A stretch of DNA of 64,000 nucleotides from Bacteroidales bacterium (GCA_050953245.1 JBMNMG010000003.1:12192-76191); one strand, 5' to 3'; shown: positions 30,214 to 40,912, counted from the stretch's first letter. The notes: a model not told the origin generated them from the sequence alone. A program made the numbers and translations.

Positions 30214-31366
30214 TGTTTTTAATAGTTAACTTTTTGCCTTCATAAGATAAGCATTTTCCTATTATTTTAGCATCAATATTAAAATGCTTACTTATGTCAA
30301 TAATAGTGTTCGCGTACTTTTCCGGAAGATAAATTTCTAAACGATGTCCCATATTAAATGTTCTATACATTTCCTTCCAGCTTGTATTGCTTTGTTCTTG
30401 AATAATTGAAAACAAAGGAGGAGTGTCAAATAAATTATCTTTGACTAATTGCAAATTATCTATAAAATTTAATATTTTAGTTTGTCCACCACCGGTACAG
30501 TGTATCATCCCATGGATTTCTTGTTTAATTTCTTTAAAGATCTCCATAATTACGGGTAAATAAGTTCTTGTAGGTGATAATACAAGTTTTCCCATAGGAA
30601 TATTAAAACTGTCAATAGATATATTATTATCTAAATTATAGTTTCCGCAATAAACTAAGTTATAAGGAATTGATGCATCATATGACTCAGGATATTTTTC
30701 TGCATATTTTTTACAAAAAACATCATGGCGTGCCGAAGTTAAGCCATTACTACCCATTCCTCCGTTATATTCATCTTCATATGTAGCTTTACCGAAAGAT
30801 GCTAATCCAACAATAACATCACCTTCTTGGATTTTTTCGTTAGTTATTAGAGAGCTTCTTTTAGCTCTGGCTGTAACTGTTGAGTCGACGATTATAGTTC
30901 TAACCAGATCTCCAACATCAGCTGTTTCGCCACCTGTAGAATAAATATTTATTCCATTATCTCTAAGTTTTTGCAAGAATTCTTCAGTTCCTTCAATAAT
31001 TGCTGAAATAACTTCACCGGGAATAATGTTTTTATTTCTACCTATAGTAGAGGAAACTAAAATATTGTCTGTTATTCCAACACACATAATATCGTCGGTG
31101 TTCATTACAATAGCATCTTGTGCAATACCTTTCCAAACATTTATATCACCTGTTTCTTTCCAATAAAGATATGCTAAGGATGATTTTGTGCCTGCACCAT
31201 CTGTATGCATAACATTACAATAATCATCGTTATTACATAAAATATCCGGAATTATTTTACAAAATGCTTTTGGGTATAAACCTTTTGAAACGTTTTTAAT
31301 AGCGTTATGAACATCTTCTTTTGAAGATGAAACACCTCGTTGTTCGTATTTGGATTTCTCAGACAT
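30191..31366 (-). CDS. purM: AIR synthase-related protein (PurM-like)
   Basis: 391 aa. DGAGTK and GGETA-type motifs of the PurM/AIR synthase fold. N-terminus typical of the Bacteroidota long form. Confidence 0.7.
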   Translation of the reverse strand: MSEKSKYEQRGVSSSKEDVHNAIKNVSKGLYPKAFCKIIPDILCNNDDYCNVMHTDGAGTKSSLAYLYWKETGDINVWKGIAQDAIVMNTDDIMCVGITDNILVSSTIGRNKNIIPGEVISAIIEGTEEFLQKLRDNGINIYSTGGETADVGDLVRTIIVDSTVTARAKRSSLITNEKIQEGDVIVGLASFGKATYEDEYNGGMGSNGLTSARHDVFCKKYAEKYPESYDASIPYNLVYCGNYNLDNNISIDSFNIPMGKLVLSPTRTYLPVIMEIFKEIKQEIHGMIHCTGGGQTKILNFIDNLQLVKDNLFDTPPLFSIIQEQSNTSWKEMYRTFNMGHRLEIYLPEKYANTIIDISKHFNIDAKIIGKCLSYEGKKLTIKNNDNIFEY

Positions 31367-31371
31367 TTATC

Positions 31372-34059
31372 TTATTCAAATATTATTAACTTATTAATAT
31401 CATCAACAATAATCATGCCAACGCGTTCAAGAGTTTTCTTGTTAAAAAGAAAGTCATAAGGTATCTTATTGTTGACTACCACGGGAACATCATTAATTTC
31501 TTTATTTCCAAATCTGACACTCTTTATGTTAATTACAGCTTTCTCTTTAATCATTCCTTGAGAAATTAATTGAGTTGGATCTCCTTCAAAGTCTTCAATA
31601 GTAATTGAACCCTTTTGAAGTAAATCTACTGCTTTTTCTTGTGAAATATAGTTAACTCCCATTAATGGCTCATATTCAAAACTTGCAGTATAACCATTGG
31701 CTATACATTTAGATATCATTTTATTATTTTTTGTTAATACGTAACTTACAAAGTTTTGATTAGGGTCTACAACTATATTTATAAATTCCTGATAATCTGC
31801 AATTTGTGTAGTGTCTTCAGGGTTGTATGTTTCTTGAACAAAATCTCTACTAATAATTGTAAATTCCGTACGTCTGTTTAATGTGTTTGCAGCAAGTTTA
31901 ATAGTTTGATTTGGAAGGGTTTCAATATAATCTTCTGTTAAAGTAGTGCCGGCTGGAAAAGTAAAACCGTTAACGGAATAATCTTCATATAACGTACGAG
32001 GTCTTCGTTCACCATATCCCTTTGCAACTAATCTCTTAGAATTAATTCCTCTGTCAATTAAGTAGGAAACTACTGACTCTGCACGTTTTTGTGATAAAAT
32101 GTCATTACTTTCCAAACTTCCAACCATATCAGTATGTGAGGCAAGTTCTATTACGATATTAGGATTGTCATTTAAGGTTTGAATTAAACCTTGTAATGAG
32201 TCTTGATATTGAGTTCTCAATTCCCATTTGCCAAATTCATATAAAATATCAGGTAATACGATTGGAGCTTCCGGGATAGGGGATAAAATGAAGTTTTGAG
32301 TAAAATCTTTACTTTCGTTTAATCCTATAGTACTAAACTCTCCGCTTACATTAAAATAGCCTTCTTTTTCTGCAATAAGCTCATAAGCGTTATTTTCTTT
32401 TAATTGCGATTTAGTAAAAGTATATTTTCCATTATCATTAGTTCTTACTTCTGCAGTTTTGCCATCTGTTCCCGTCAGTTTTACTATTACATTAGGAACA
32501 TATTGTAATGTGTTTTTATCCGTGATAATACCTGAAACTGTAAATTCTACAGCTGGAATTACAAATGCATATATGTCATCACCACCTCTTCCTCCTTTTC
32601 TGTTAGAAGTGAAGAAACCTTCTTCTTTTTCAGGATGAAATAAAATTCCAAAATCGTCACTACTTGAGTTAATTGGTGCACCTATATTTTCAGGAATACT
32701 CTTAGGGAAACCGTCATTTCCTAAATAAACTCTAAATATATCTAAACCTCCTAATCCTGGATGTCCATTAGATGCAAAATATAAAGTAGTATCGTTTCTA
32801 AAATATGGAAAAACTTCATCTCCTTTAGTGTTTACTAAATTACCCATATTTATCGGCATATCAAAGTTATCACTAACGTTTTCCCTTGTAGCAAAATATA
32901 AATCCTTACCTCCTAAAGAACCCTTTCTATCACTGGCAAAAACTATAGTTAATTCATCGGGACTAATAGCGGGATGCCCATCTATACACAAACTATCGTC
33001 GCCTAATTGAACCGGTTGAGGATCAGACCATCCAAAACCTCCGGTTCGTTTGGCTACAAATATTTTACAACCCCCAAAAATATCTTTGCTATCAGGGCAG
33101 TAAGTGTAATATAATCTATTTGCTCTAAAATTAGTATGACCTGCACCTTCATTACCTGTAGTATTAATAACTTCATCTGTATCTGCATTTTCAGGTTTGC
33201 TCCATTTACCATCTACATCATAACTTGCAGTAAAAAAATCACTAAAATGCTGACCTGTCCATAAATCTATTTCTTTACCTGTAGCCTCAGATCTGGCAGA
33301 TGTATATATAATTGAAGTGTATGATTGGTCGTCCCAAGTAGGACAAAAATCGTCATATTTAGAGTTAATAATTTTAACTTTAGATATTTCGCATTTATTA
33401 GGATTTTCTTGTAGTTTTAAAACTAAATCACAAGATTCTAACCCAGCTAATGCTAAAGGATTATTAGGTGAGAGTTCCAAAAACTCAGCATATTTTTCTT
33501 TTGCTAAAATGTAATCTTCACTATAACGCAATGCATCAGCATATTTTAAGATCACAGTAGAATCTACTAAATGATGTTTATATCTTATGGCGTTTTTGTA
33601 TTGTGCTGTAGCTAATTTTGAATTCCCGGTATTTACATAGCAATCGCCCAAGTTATTTGAAATTCTTCCTCTTTCCTTTCTGTCCTTTTTTGAACGAGAG
33701 TAAGCTTTCTTATATTTTTTAATTGCAGTAGAGTAATAGTTTTCCTGAAATAATTTGTCTGCGGCAACTACGTGTTTATTTTCTTTTTGTTTTTTGTTTT
33801 TTTCTTTTTTATCTTTCTTTTTATTATTTTTTGTTTTTTTCTTCCCTTTATCTAAAAAATCATTTGAACTCTCTGTGTCGCTTGTAGTAATAAACTCGAT
33901 ATCTTCAATTTTTAAAATATTAGAAGACATATTATCTTGTACTAATATATTATTATTTGCAAACGTATATTGCACATTTACAGATAGTATCAAAACAGTA
34001 ATACTTATACTTATATTTAATATCTTTCTATTCATTTTTTTCAATTTCACAAAATACAA
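31372..34059 (-). CDS. OmpA-family protein with TPR, PD40/WD40-like and CarbopepD_reg-like domains
   Basis: C-terminal OmpA peptidoglycan-binding motif (ELASHTD...SNDILSQKRAESV), Lys-rich low-complexity linker, TPR-like segment. An alternative start at 34035 (MNRKIL...) gives a better signal peptide. Confidence 0.85.
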   Translation of the reverse strand: MYFVKLKKMNRKILNISISITVLILSVNVQYTFANNNILVQDNMSSNILKIEDIEFITTSDTESSNDFLDKGKKKTKNNKKKDKKEKNKKQKENKHVVAADKLFQENYYSTAIKKYKKAYSRSKKDRKERGRISNNLGDCYVNTGNSKLATAQYKNAIRYKHHLVDSTVILKYADALRYSEDYILAKEKYAEFLELSPNNPLALAGLESCDLVLKLQENPNKCEISKVKIINSKYDDFCPTWDDQSYTSIIYTSARSEATGKEIDLWTGQHFSDFFTASYDVDGKWSKPENADTDEVINTTGNEGAGHTNFRANRLYYTYCPDSKDIFGGCKIFVAKRTGGFGWSDPQPVQLGDDSLCIDGHPAISPDELTIVFASDRKGSLGGKDLYFATRENVSDNFDMPINMGNLVNTKGDEVFPYFRNDTTLYFASNGHPGLGGLDIFRVYLGNDGFPKSIPENIGAPINSSSDDFGILFHPEKEEGFFTSNRKGGRGGDDIYAFVIPAVEFTVSGIITDKNTLQYVPNVIVKLTGTDGKTAEVRTNDNGKYTFTKSQLKENNAYELIAEKEGYFNVSGEFSTIGLNESKDFTQNFILSPIPEAPIVLPDILYEFGKWELRTQYQDSLQGLIQTLNDNPNIVIELASHTDMVGSLESNDILSQKRAESVVSYLIDRGINSKRLVAKGYGERRPRTLYEDYSVNGFTFPAGTTLTEDYIETLPNQTIKLAANTLNRRTEFTIISRDFVQETYNPEDTTQIADYQEFINIVVDPNQNFVSYVLTKNNKMISKCIANGYTASFEYEPLMGVNYISQEKAVDLLQKGSITIEDFEGDPTQLISQGMIKEKAVINIKSVRFGNKEINDVPVVVNNKIPYDFLFNKKTLERVGMIIVDDINKLIIFE

Positions 34060-34195
34060 ATTTAAAAGTTTTTTTCTAATAAACTACTAACAAAACAAAA
34101 ATATACTAAGAAGTTGATTATTATAGTTTATGTATTATTAGTATTTTTATTCTGTTACAAGAGAAAAGTATTTCTGAACTCTTTAAATAGGATAT

Positions 34196-34330
34196 CCCCA
34201 AAAATACGCCACCCCAAATATATAATTCAAATTAATATATTTGGGGTGGGAGTGGTACGAACCTTTCGGCACGATCCTGTCTGATAATTTATTAATCCCC
34301 ATCAGCATCAGGGGAAACTGTACATTCGAT
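34196..34330 (-). ncRNA. family A structured RNA, copy 1 (leader of the OmpA-family gene, ends in a terminator hairpin)
   Basis: Core GGACAGGAUCGUGCCGAAAGGUUCGUACCACUCCC is shared with copy 3. Bipartite helix CCUG..CUGAU/AUCAG.CAGG. 15-bp perfect hairpin 34209-34249 plus a U-run, ~135 nt before the ATG at 34059. Confidence 0.45.
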
Positions 34331-34393
34331 GTAAGTATAATATTATTTTTAATAAATCTTATATCTACAATAAAATTAATAAGATTTATGTAA

Positions 34394-34490
34394 TGGGAGA
34401 GCCCGATAATTTAATATCGAGCTCAACATCTGGTCCGAACCTTTCGGCACGATCCTGTCTGATAATTCCAAACCCCATCAGCATCAGGGT
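34394..34490 (-). ncRNA. family A structured RNA, copy 2 (tandem, upstream of copy 1)
   Basis: Same 5' helix and GAAA hairpin as copy 1. It has a different 3' hairpin (GAGCTCGATA/TATCGGGCTC) and no U-run. Confidence 0.4.
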
Positions 34491-34535
34491 TATTTTTAAA
34501 TTTTTTTGCAATTATAATTATAATGCAATTTTTTT

Positions 34536-34615
34536 AAAAAAAATATGAGTGAACATTACATCCACTGCCCCGGCTAAGCTCATGAATCACTCGCCGCCTT
34601 CGGCTTTTTACAGCA
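34536..34615 (-). ncRNA. family B small RNA cassette, copy 3
   Basis: Own TATATTTG -7 box (34619-34626, minus strand). Conserved GCUGUAAAAAGCCGAAGGCGGC...AGCUUAGCCGGGG scaffold. Terminator AGTGGA/TTCACT plus a U8 run. Confidence 0.45.
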
Positions 34616-34765
34616 TTACAAATATACATAAATTTTTTAAGAATAACAAAAAAGCAAAAAAACTTTTTTTATTAAAATAAATATTTTAAATTTGTAAAAA
34701 TTATTTTATAAGTATTAAATAATTTTAACGAAGATTAATTAACTAACCAAATTAAATTTAAAATT

Positions 34766-35862
34766 ATGAAATTAAATTCTAGACACATTAAAGTTATCAT
34801 TTTGGGTATTTTTGCCCTTTTTTCAGTTGCTGTAACAGCACAGAATATGGACCGCTACATAAGCTTCAAGTAGTTCCGGGACAACGAATTGGTATTGAGC
34901 TCTCGTCGCAAAACGTTAACAATGTCATTGCGAGAATAGTTAGTGGCTCTACAGATGTAACAGTTCCGGTTGAAAATTAGTGGTGGTCGGATGTAGAGTA
35001 TTATCTTGCAGATGCCGACACAATGGTAATTTATGGTGATGTTGAACAGTTTGATTGTCAAGAGAATGGTTCTAAAATAACAGGTTTGGACGCATCTCAT
35101 AATGACTTGTTGGATTATTTAGATTGTACCAATTGTGAAATAGAATCATTGAATATCAGTGGTTGTTATAGATTAACTGATTTATATTGCATGGGAAACA
35201 AGATCCCAGAGATCGACCTAAGTAGTTGTGCAAGCGTTATGGGTCACCTGTTTTGTTTCAATAATGAAATTTCAGAGTTGGATTTGAGTGGCTGTGTTAA
35301 AATGAGAGAACTTGATTGCCATAATAATAATATTTCCAGTTTAGATGTTTCGGACTGCCAGAGATTGATATTTTTGAGTTTTTATGGCAATCCTATAACT
35401 ACTGAGGTTGTTGATAAGATTTATTGTGATGTGGGAGATAATCATGGTGAAGAATTTCCAGGAAACATTATGCCTTTGTATAATGAAAATGATGAAAACT
35501 TCGATATTGTGATGCAAACAAATAAGGAAAATGCTACTGTTAAGAACTGGAAAGTTGTATTTAGCTCTTATAATGATATTCCACCTACTTCCGGAGATTA
35601 CGATTGTAATGCAAGTATAGATGAATTTGCAAATGTTGAAAATGCAACGATAGATATTATTCCTAATCCTGCCATATCTTCTGTTACGATTTCAGTTGAC
35701 GAATCAATTTCAGGTAAAACTTTGAAAATTTTCGATATTTCAGGAAGATTAGTTTATCAAAGTGAAGCACAAAACCAACAAGATATTTCTGTAAGCGAGT
35801 GGGCAAGCGGAGTATGTTTTGTAAAGATAGGTAATACTACAACTAAATTGATAAAACAATAA
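34766..35862 (+). pseudogene. leucine-rich-repeat T9SS surface protein, frameshift plus in-frame TAG
   Basis: A signal-peptide ORF (34766-34873) is out of frame with the LRR body. The body frame carries TAG at 34978-34980 (VEN*WWSD). LRR units (LDxSxCxxLxxLxCxxNxI) and a C-terminal sorting domain follow. Confidence 0.7.
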
Positions 35863-35929
35863 AAGATAGTCCTCGCTGTCCTAATGACAGTTTTGAGTTA
35901 TTTATTATATATAAAAAATATAATTTGTT

Positions 35930-35961
35930 AAAAGCTGTCTCATTATGAGACGGCTTTTTTT
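35930..35961 (+). terminator. intrinsic terminator
   Basis: GCTGTCTCA/TGAGACGGC stem (one G-U pair) plus a T7 run. Confidence 0.7.
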
Positions 35962-36195
35962 ATTTTGCTATACAATAGTAAGAGTTATGAATCAGAAAGA
36001 AGGAATGTTTTTTCTTTTTTCAAAAGGTGTGTGTTGCTATCTGAATAAATGCAAAAGAATATTGATAGAAATAATTTTTTTTGGATGCGATAATTAGAAA
36101 TTATTAATTTTTTATCGCTAAATTTTACTTAATACAAAATTTAAATTAATTTTGTAGATAATTGCAATTAATATTTAAAAGTAAAATTGAAAAAA

Positions 36196-38526
36196 ATGAA
36201 AAAAATATTTGTTAGTTTATCTGTTTTGTTTTTTATTGTATTTCATGCATTCTCTCAAGAAGCAAAATTTGATGCAATAAATTACCAAATTCATATAGAT
36301 TCTATTAATATTAACACTAAAAGTTTACATGCAAAAACTTTGATTAAATTAAAACCTTTATCTAACAATGTAAATACAGTTACTTTTGATCTGCTTAATA
36401 TGAATATTAACTATGTTAAGGAGAACAACGTTGAAAATAGTAATTATACATCAGATTCATCCTCTATTACTATTAATTTAGCAAATGATTATGCACAAGA
36501 TGAAGAATTTCTGATTGAAATATCTTATTTTGGAATACCGTATTCGGAAGATTGGGGTGGTGTAATATTTAATGGAGAATATGTTTATAATTTAGGTGTT
36601 GGGATTAATACTATTCCGCATAATTTAGGAAAGGCATGGTTTCCATGTTTTGATAATTTTACAGATAAAGCTACGTTTGAATATTTTATAACAGTTCCAA
36701 ATAATAAGGTAGCAACTTGTGGAGGAATTCTGATAGACATTACAGAAAATGACAATGGAACTACTACTTATTATTATAAATCTAATTTTGAGATAAGTAC
36801 TTATTTAGCATCTTTTGCAATTGGTGAATACGAAGTTATTGAAGATAGTTATACAAGTATAGACGGTTCAGAAATACCTATTACTTTTACAGTGAAACCT
36901 TCTGCTGTTAATGCAGTTCCTTTAATGTTTTCAAATTTAAAAACAATATTAAATATTTTTGAAACTCATTTTGGTCCTTATACTTTTGAAAGAGTTGGAT
37001 ATACCGGAACATCCATTGGTGCAATGGAACATCAAAATAATATTTCATTTCCAAATATGTGTATTGTTCCAAGCTTAGAATATGAACCTTTATATGCTCA
37101 CGAATTATCGCATTCATGGTTCGGAAATAAAATTACTTGCGAAACAGCTTTCGATATGTGGATTAACGAAGGGTGGGCATCGTTTTGTGAATATTTTTTT
37201 AAAGAAAAACTCTACAATAGGAAGTCATATATGAACGATATTTTATCTGCAAAATCAGCAGTGTTAAATTCTGCCCATGGAAATATTTCAGGTGGGGGTG
37301 ATGGTGGATATGTGGCATTAAACAATTTACCTTTGGAAGCAACTTATGGAATTTCTGCATATAAACGAGGTGCATTAGTGGCACACTCATTGAGAAGTTA
37401 TTTAGGGGATGATGTCTTCTTTGATGCTATAAAAGAAGTATTTGACAATTATTCATTCCAAACATTTAACTCCCAAAAATTATGTGATGCTTTATCTGAA
37501 GCATCTAATGTAGATTTATCTTATTTTTTTACGAATTATGTTTTTACTCCCGGAGTTGCCGGTTATATTATAGACTCTTGTGTTATAAATAATTCCGTAG
37601 CTAAAATTTATGTACAGCAAAAAGGATTAGGGCGTTCCGAAATTGTAAATCCAACGTATGTTGATGTTACACTTTTTGATGAAAACTTCAACAGGCAAGA
37701 TGCAAAAATAAATATTACAGGAAAATACGGTTCAGGAGAGATTAATTTAGATATAGAAGAGCCCATAGCAACAATTTTAAATTTTGAGAACTTATATTAC
37801 GATGCAAAGTTAAATGATAGCAAGGTGATTTCTAAAGCGAATAGTTCTTATTATTTTTCTAAAATGAATTTTGATGTGGAAGTTGAAACATTAACGGATT
37901 CTGCACTTGTTTATGTTTCAAAATCTTATGTGGGTTGTGATAACAACAACTTAGTTCCGGATAATTCTGAAATCTCAGAAAGTTCCTTTTGGCAAGTTTA
38001 TTTTATTCCATATAATAAAGAGTCGTTTAATTGTGTTGCCAATGGTATCTTTTATTATGATAAATATAGTATTGACAGTACTTTTTTAAATTCAAGAGAA
38101 GATAAACAAATAATTTTACTATATCGAAATAAACCGGGAGAAATCTGGCAAAAAATAGATGCTACTTTATATGGTGATAATGAGTCGGGAATAATTTATG
38201 CAAAAAACATTAAATCAGGAGAATATGCATTAGCTTTTGAGGAGAGTAGTGGAATAGATAATTCTAATAAGAAAGAAAAACTACTTAATATTTATCCAAA
38301 TCCTACCAAGAATAGTTTTGAAATAAAGTTTAATGCATCTCAATCTAATAAAAAACTTATTATATATACAGTTGATGGATTCAAGGTATTTGAAACTGTT
38401 TTATTACCTAATCAGAATAGTTTTATTTGGTCACCAAATAATAAAAAAAATCAAACCTATATATTTAATTTAATTGCTGAAGATGGCAATATTGTAAGCA
38501 GTAAAGGAGTGTTTTTTCACAAATAA
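36196..38526 (+). CDS. M1-family zinc aminopeptidase with T9SS C-terminal sorting domain
   Basis: HELSHSWFGN plus WINEGWASF (HEXXH-18-E). C-terminal LLNIYPNPTKNSFEI. ATG at 36196 preferred over TTG at 36187. Confidence 0.85.
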   Translation: MKKIFVSLSVLFFIVFHAFSQEAKFDAINYQIHIDSININTKSLHAKTLIKLKPLSNNVNTVTFDLLNMNINYVKENNVENSNYTSDSSSITINLANDYAQDEEFLIEISYFGIPYSEDWGGVIFNGEYVYNLGVGINTIPHNLGKAWFPCFDNFTDKATFEYFITVPNNKVATCGGILIDITENDNGTTTYYYKSNFEISTYLASFAIGEYEVIEDSYTSIDGSEIPITFTVKPSAVNAVPLMFSNLKTILNIFETHFGPYTFERVGYTGTSIGAMEHQNNISFPNMCIVPSLEYEPLYAHELSHSWFGNKITCETAFDMWINEGWASFCEYFFKEKLYNRKSYMNDILSAKSAVLNSAHGNISGGGDGGYVALNNLPLEATYGISAYKRGALVAHSLRSYLGDDVFFDAIKEVFDNYSFQTFNSQKLCDALSEASNVDLSYFFTNYVFTPGVAGYIIDSCVINNSVAKIYVQQKGLGRSEIVNPTYVDVTLFDENFNRQDAKINITGKYGSGEINLDIEEPIATILNFENLYYDAKLNDSKVISKANSSYYFSKMNFDVEVETLTDSALVYVSKSYVGCDNNNLVPDNSEISESSFWQVYFIPYNKESFNCVANGIFYYDKYSIDSTFLNSREDKQIILLYRNKPGEIWQKIDATLYGDNESGIIYAKNIKSGEYALAFEESSGIDNSNKKEKLLNIYPNPTKNSFEIKFNASQSNKKLIIYTVDGFKVFETVLLPNQNSFIWSPNNKKNQTYIFNLIAEDGNIVSSKGVFFHK

Positions 38527-38532
38527 TATTTA

Positions 38533-40896
38533 ATGACTACCCACAAAAATATATTATTAATATTATTCTTTCTTTTAGTTGTAAATATTGCAAAAACTAA
38601 TAATTTTACAAATTTCTCATCTGAAAATAATTATTTATCATCAAAAATAAACCTTAATAATAAATTAAGTAATTCTAGTAATCTTAATTATTTCCTTTTA
38701 GGTGATTCAACAAAAAAAGATAATTTTTTAGGATTAACTTTTAGTGGAGGAGGGGCCAAGGGCTTAGCATATATTGGAATGATGGAGGTTATTGAAAGCA
38801 CAGGTATGCCAATACATTACATATCGGGAACTAGTATTGGTAGCATCATGGGCGGACTTTTTGCATTAGGATATTCCACAGCATATATTAGAGAATTGAT
38901 GGCAAATCAAGATTGGTCTTATCTAATTGGTAATAAGATAGATAAAAAAAACATGTCCTTAAATGAAAAAAGATTACGTACTAATTATATCTTTACTTTA
39001 TCTATTGAAAAAAACTTTAAAATTAAAGATAGAGTTGGTTTTTTGTATGGTCAACATATAGATGATTTATTTAGTAGATTGTATAGTCCATTTTATTATA
39101 TAACAGACTTTTCTGAGTTTCCAATTCCATTTGTATGTGTAGCTGTTGACTTAGTTACAGGAGAAGATAAAGAAATTACCAGCGGTTATTTTCCGGATGC
39201 CATTAGAGCAAGTATCGCTATTCCGATTGCTTTTACACCAAAAATAATTGAAGATATTGTGTTTATTGATGGTGGATTTGTTAATAACTTTCCTGCTACT
39301 AACTTAAAGAAGAGAGGCATAGAATATATTATAGGATTAGATGTACAACATAGATTATTATCTCCTGATTCAATAAGCACCTTGTTAGATGTAACTCGAC
39401 AATATATGGATTTAAATAGGTTAAAATCTAATATTGCGGGCAGAAATAATGCAAATATATTAATACGTCCCGATATTGAAAGTATTACTATTGCAGATTT
39501 TAGTAAAGCTGATGATATTGTTCAAAAGGGGTATGATGCTGCTTTAGAATATAGAGACACGCTGAAATATATATCTGATTCAATTCAAAACTTGGGATAT
39601 CAACCTTATAGATTTATTAATACCAAGCCCTTAGATTCTGTTTATGTGGAAAAATTAACTTATCGTGGATTAAAATATATTAATCCAAACATTGTAACTC
39701 AAATCTTAACATTTAATGTCCCCGGATATGTTACATTAGACAATATAGAGTTAACCTTAGAAAAATTGCGAGGAACATATAATTTTGAATCTGTTACTTA
39801 TCAGTTAGCTCCTGGTTCTTCAATAGAAAGAGCTGAATTGATATTCAGATTTAAAGAAGAATTATTTAATACTGTAAGTGTAGGTTTTAATTATAATAAT
39901 ATTAAATATTCTACTTTAATGGCCAATGCTACATATAGAAATTTTTTATATCACGGATCTTTCTTTTCCCTAGACCTTGGAATAAGTACTTATCCGTATC
40001 TGTATGCAACTTATATGGCAACTCAAAGTAACTTGTTTAATCCCGGGCTATCCTTAAAAGTTTATTCTTTGCCTTACAATATTTATAACGAAGAATATAA
40101 ATTAATAAATAAATCCTTTTTCTTAAATTCCATATCGGATTTATTTATCAGATCCGATTTAAGTTCTAACATGTATTTCAAAAATGGTGTTACATTCGAA
40201 ACTTATTCAAGAATAAACAGATTAATATCAATAGAATATTCTGATTTCTTTAGACCGGACAATTACTGCTTATCTGCATATTCCCAATTTAACTTGAACA
40301 CTATAGATGATATGTTTTTCCCAACAACAGGATTATTATTGGATTTAAAGGCAAAATATATTATTAAAGATTTTTCATTAGAAGATTTTAAACCTATATT
40401 TACAGCGCAATTAGATGCATTGTTTTCTGAAACTATCAATCTTAAAAAGATAAAAGTAACATTTAATACAAATATTAATATGGGAATTACATTATTTTCT
40501 CAAAAATTTAACCCATATTACAATGAACTTAATGACTTTTATTATTTTAATCCACATTCATATTATTTAGGAGGGAGTAATAGTGTTGGATTTATGAATC
40601 AGGTTGTTTTTGGAGGGTACGAATTTATGGCTAAAAAAACTAATAACATAATAAAAATTAATGAAGAACTGTTATGTGAGTTTTTGAAAAACCACTATGC
40701 ATCAGTTTCATTTGGTGTTTCTACCTTAACTGATAATATATATGAAGGCCTTATTGACTATTCTAACTTACATTCTTATATCGGACTATCATATGGGTAT
40801 AAATTTTCTGCAATACCCTTTAAAATATCGATTAATAAATCGTTAAATTATAAAGGATTATTTGTTAACTTGACAGTTGGGAGAAGTTTAAATTAA
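38533..40896 (+). CDS. patatin-like phospholipase with C-terminal beta-barrel (BamA/surface-antigen-like) region
   Basis: GGGAKG oxyanion loop, GTSIGS nucleophile elbow, DGG catalytic Asp. 787 aa. Confidence 0.85.
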   Translation: MTTHKNILLILFFLLVVNIAKTNNFTNFSSENNYLSSKINLNNKLSNSSNLNYFLLGDSTKKDNFLGLTFSGGGAKGLAYIGMMEVIESTGMPIHYISGTSIGSIMGGLFALGYSTAYIRELMANQDWSYLIGNKIDKKNMSLNEKRLRTNYIFTLSIEKNFKIKDRVGFLYGQHIDDLFSRLYSPFYYITDFSEFPIPFVCVAVDLVTGEDKEITSGYFPDAIRASIAIPIAFTPKIIEDIVFIDGGFVNNFPATNLKKRGIEYIIGLDVQHRLLSPDSISTLLDVTRQYMDLNRLKSNIAGRNNANILIRPDIESITIADFSKADDIVQKGYDAALEYRDTLKYISDSIQNLGYQPYRFINTKPLDSVYVEKLTYRGLKYINPNIVTQILTFNVPGYVTLDNIELTLEKLRGTYNFESVTYQLAPGSSIERAELIFRFKEELFNTVSVGFNYNNIKYSTLMANATYRNFLYHGSFFSLDLGISTYPYLYATYMATQSNLFNPGLSLKVYSLPYNIYNEEYKLINKSFFLNSISDLFIRSDLSSNMYFKNGVTFETYSRINRLISIEYSDFFRPDNYCLSAYSQFNLNTIDDMFFPTTGLLLDLKAKYIIKDFSLEDFKPIFTAQLDALFSETINLKKIKVTFNTNINMGITLFSQKFNPYYNELNDFYYFNPHSYYLGGSNSVGFMNQVVFGGYEFMAKKTNNIIKINEELLCEFLKNHYASVSFGVSTLTDNIYEGLIDYSNLHSYIGLSYGYKFSAIPFKISINKSLNYKGLFVNLTVGRSLN

Positions 40897-40912
40897 TTAT
40901 TAGAAAAAAAAT

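Noticed and set aside
34196-34490. Family A RNA as a hammerhead ribozyme (contains CUGAUG and CGAAA).
   Set aside because: The core does not fit. It reads CUGAUGC, lacking A9, and copy 3 has UUGAUGC, lacking C3. After the putative stem II the sequence is GACAGG, not GAAA. No cleavage-site helix III can be drawn.
34978-34980. In-frame TAG codons (here and at 58715-58717) as evidence of amber reassignment.
   Set aside because: TAG clearly terminates conserved host genes at their expected ends, for example clpP at 1820-1822. All other long genes, including the 713-codon phage gene, lack internal TAG. Nonsense mutation is simpler.
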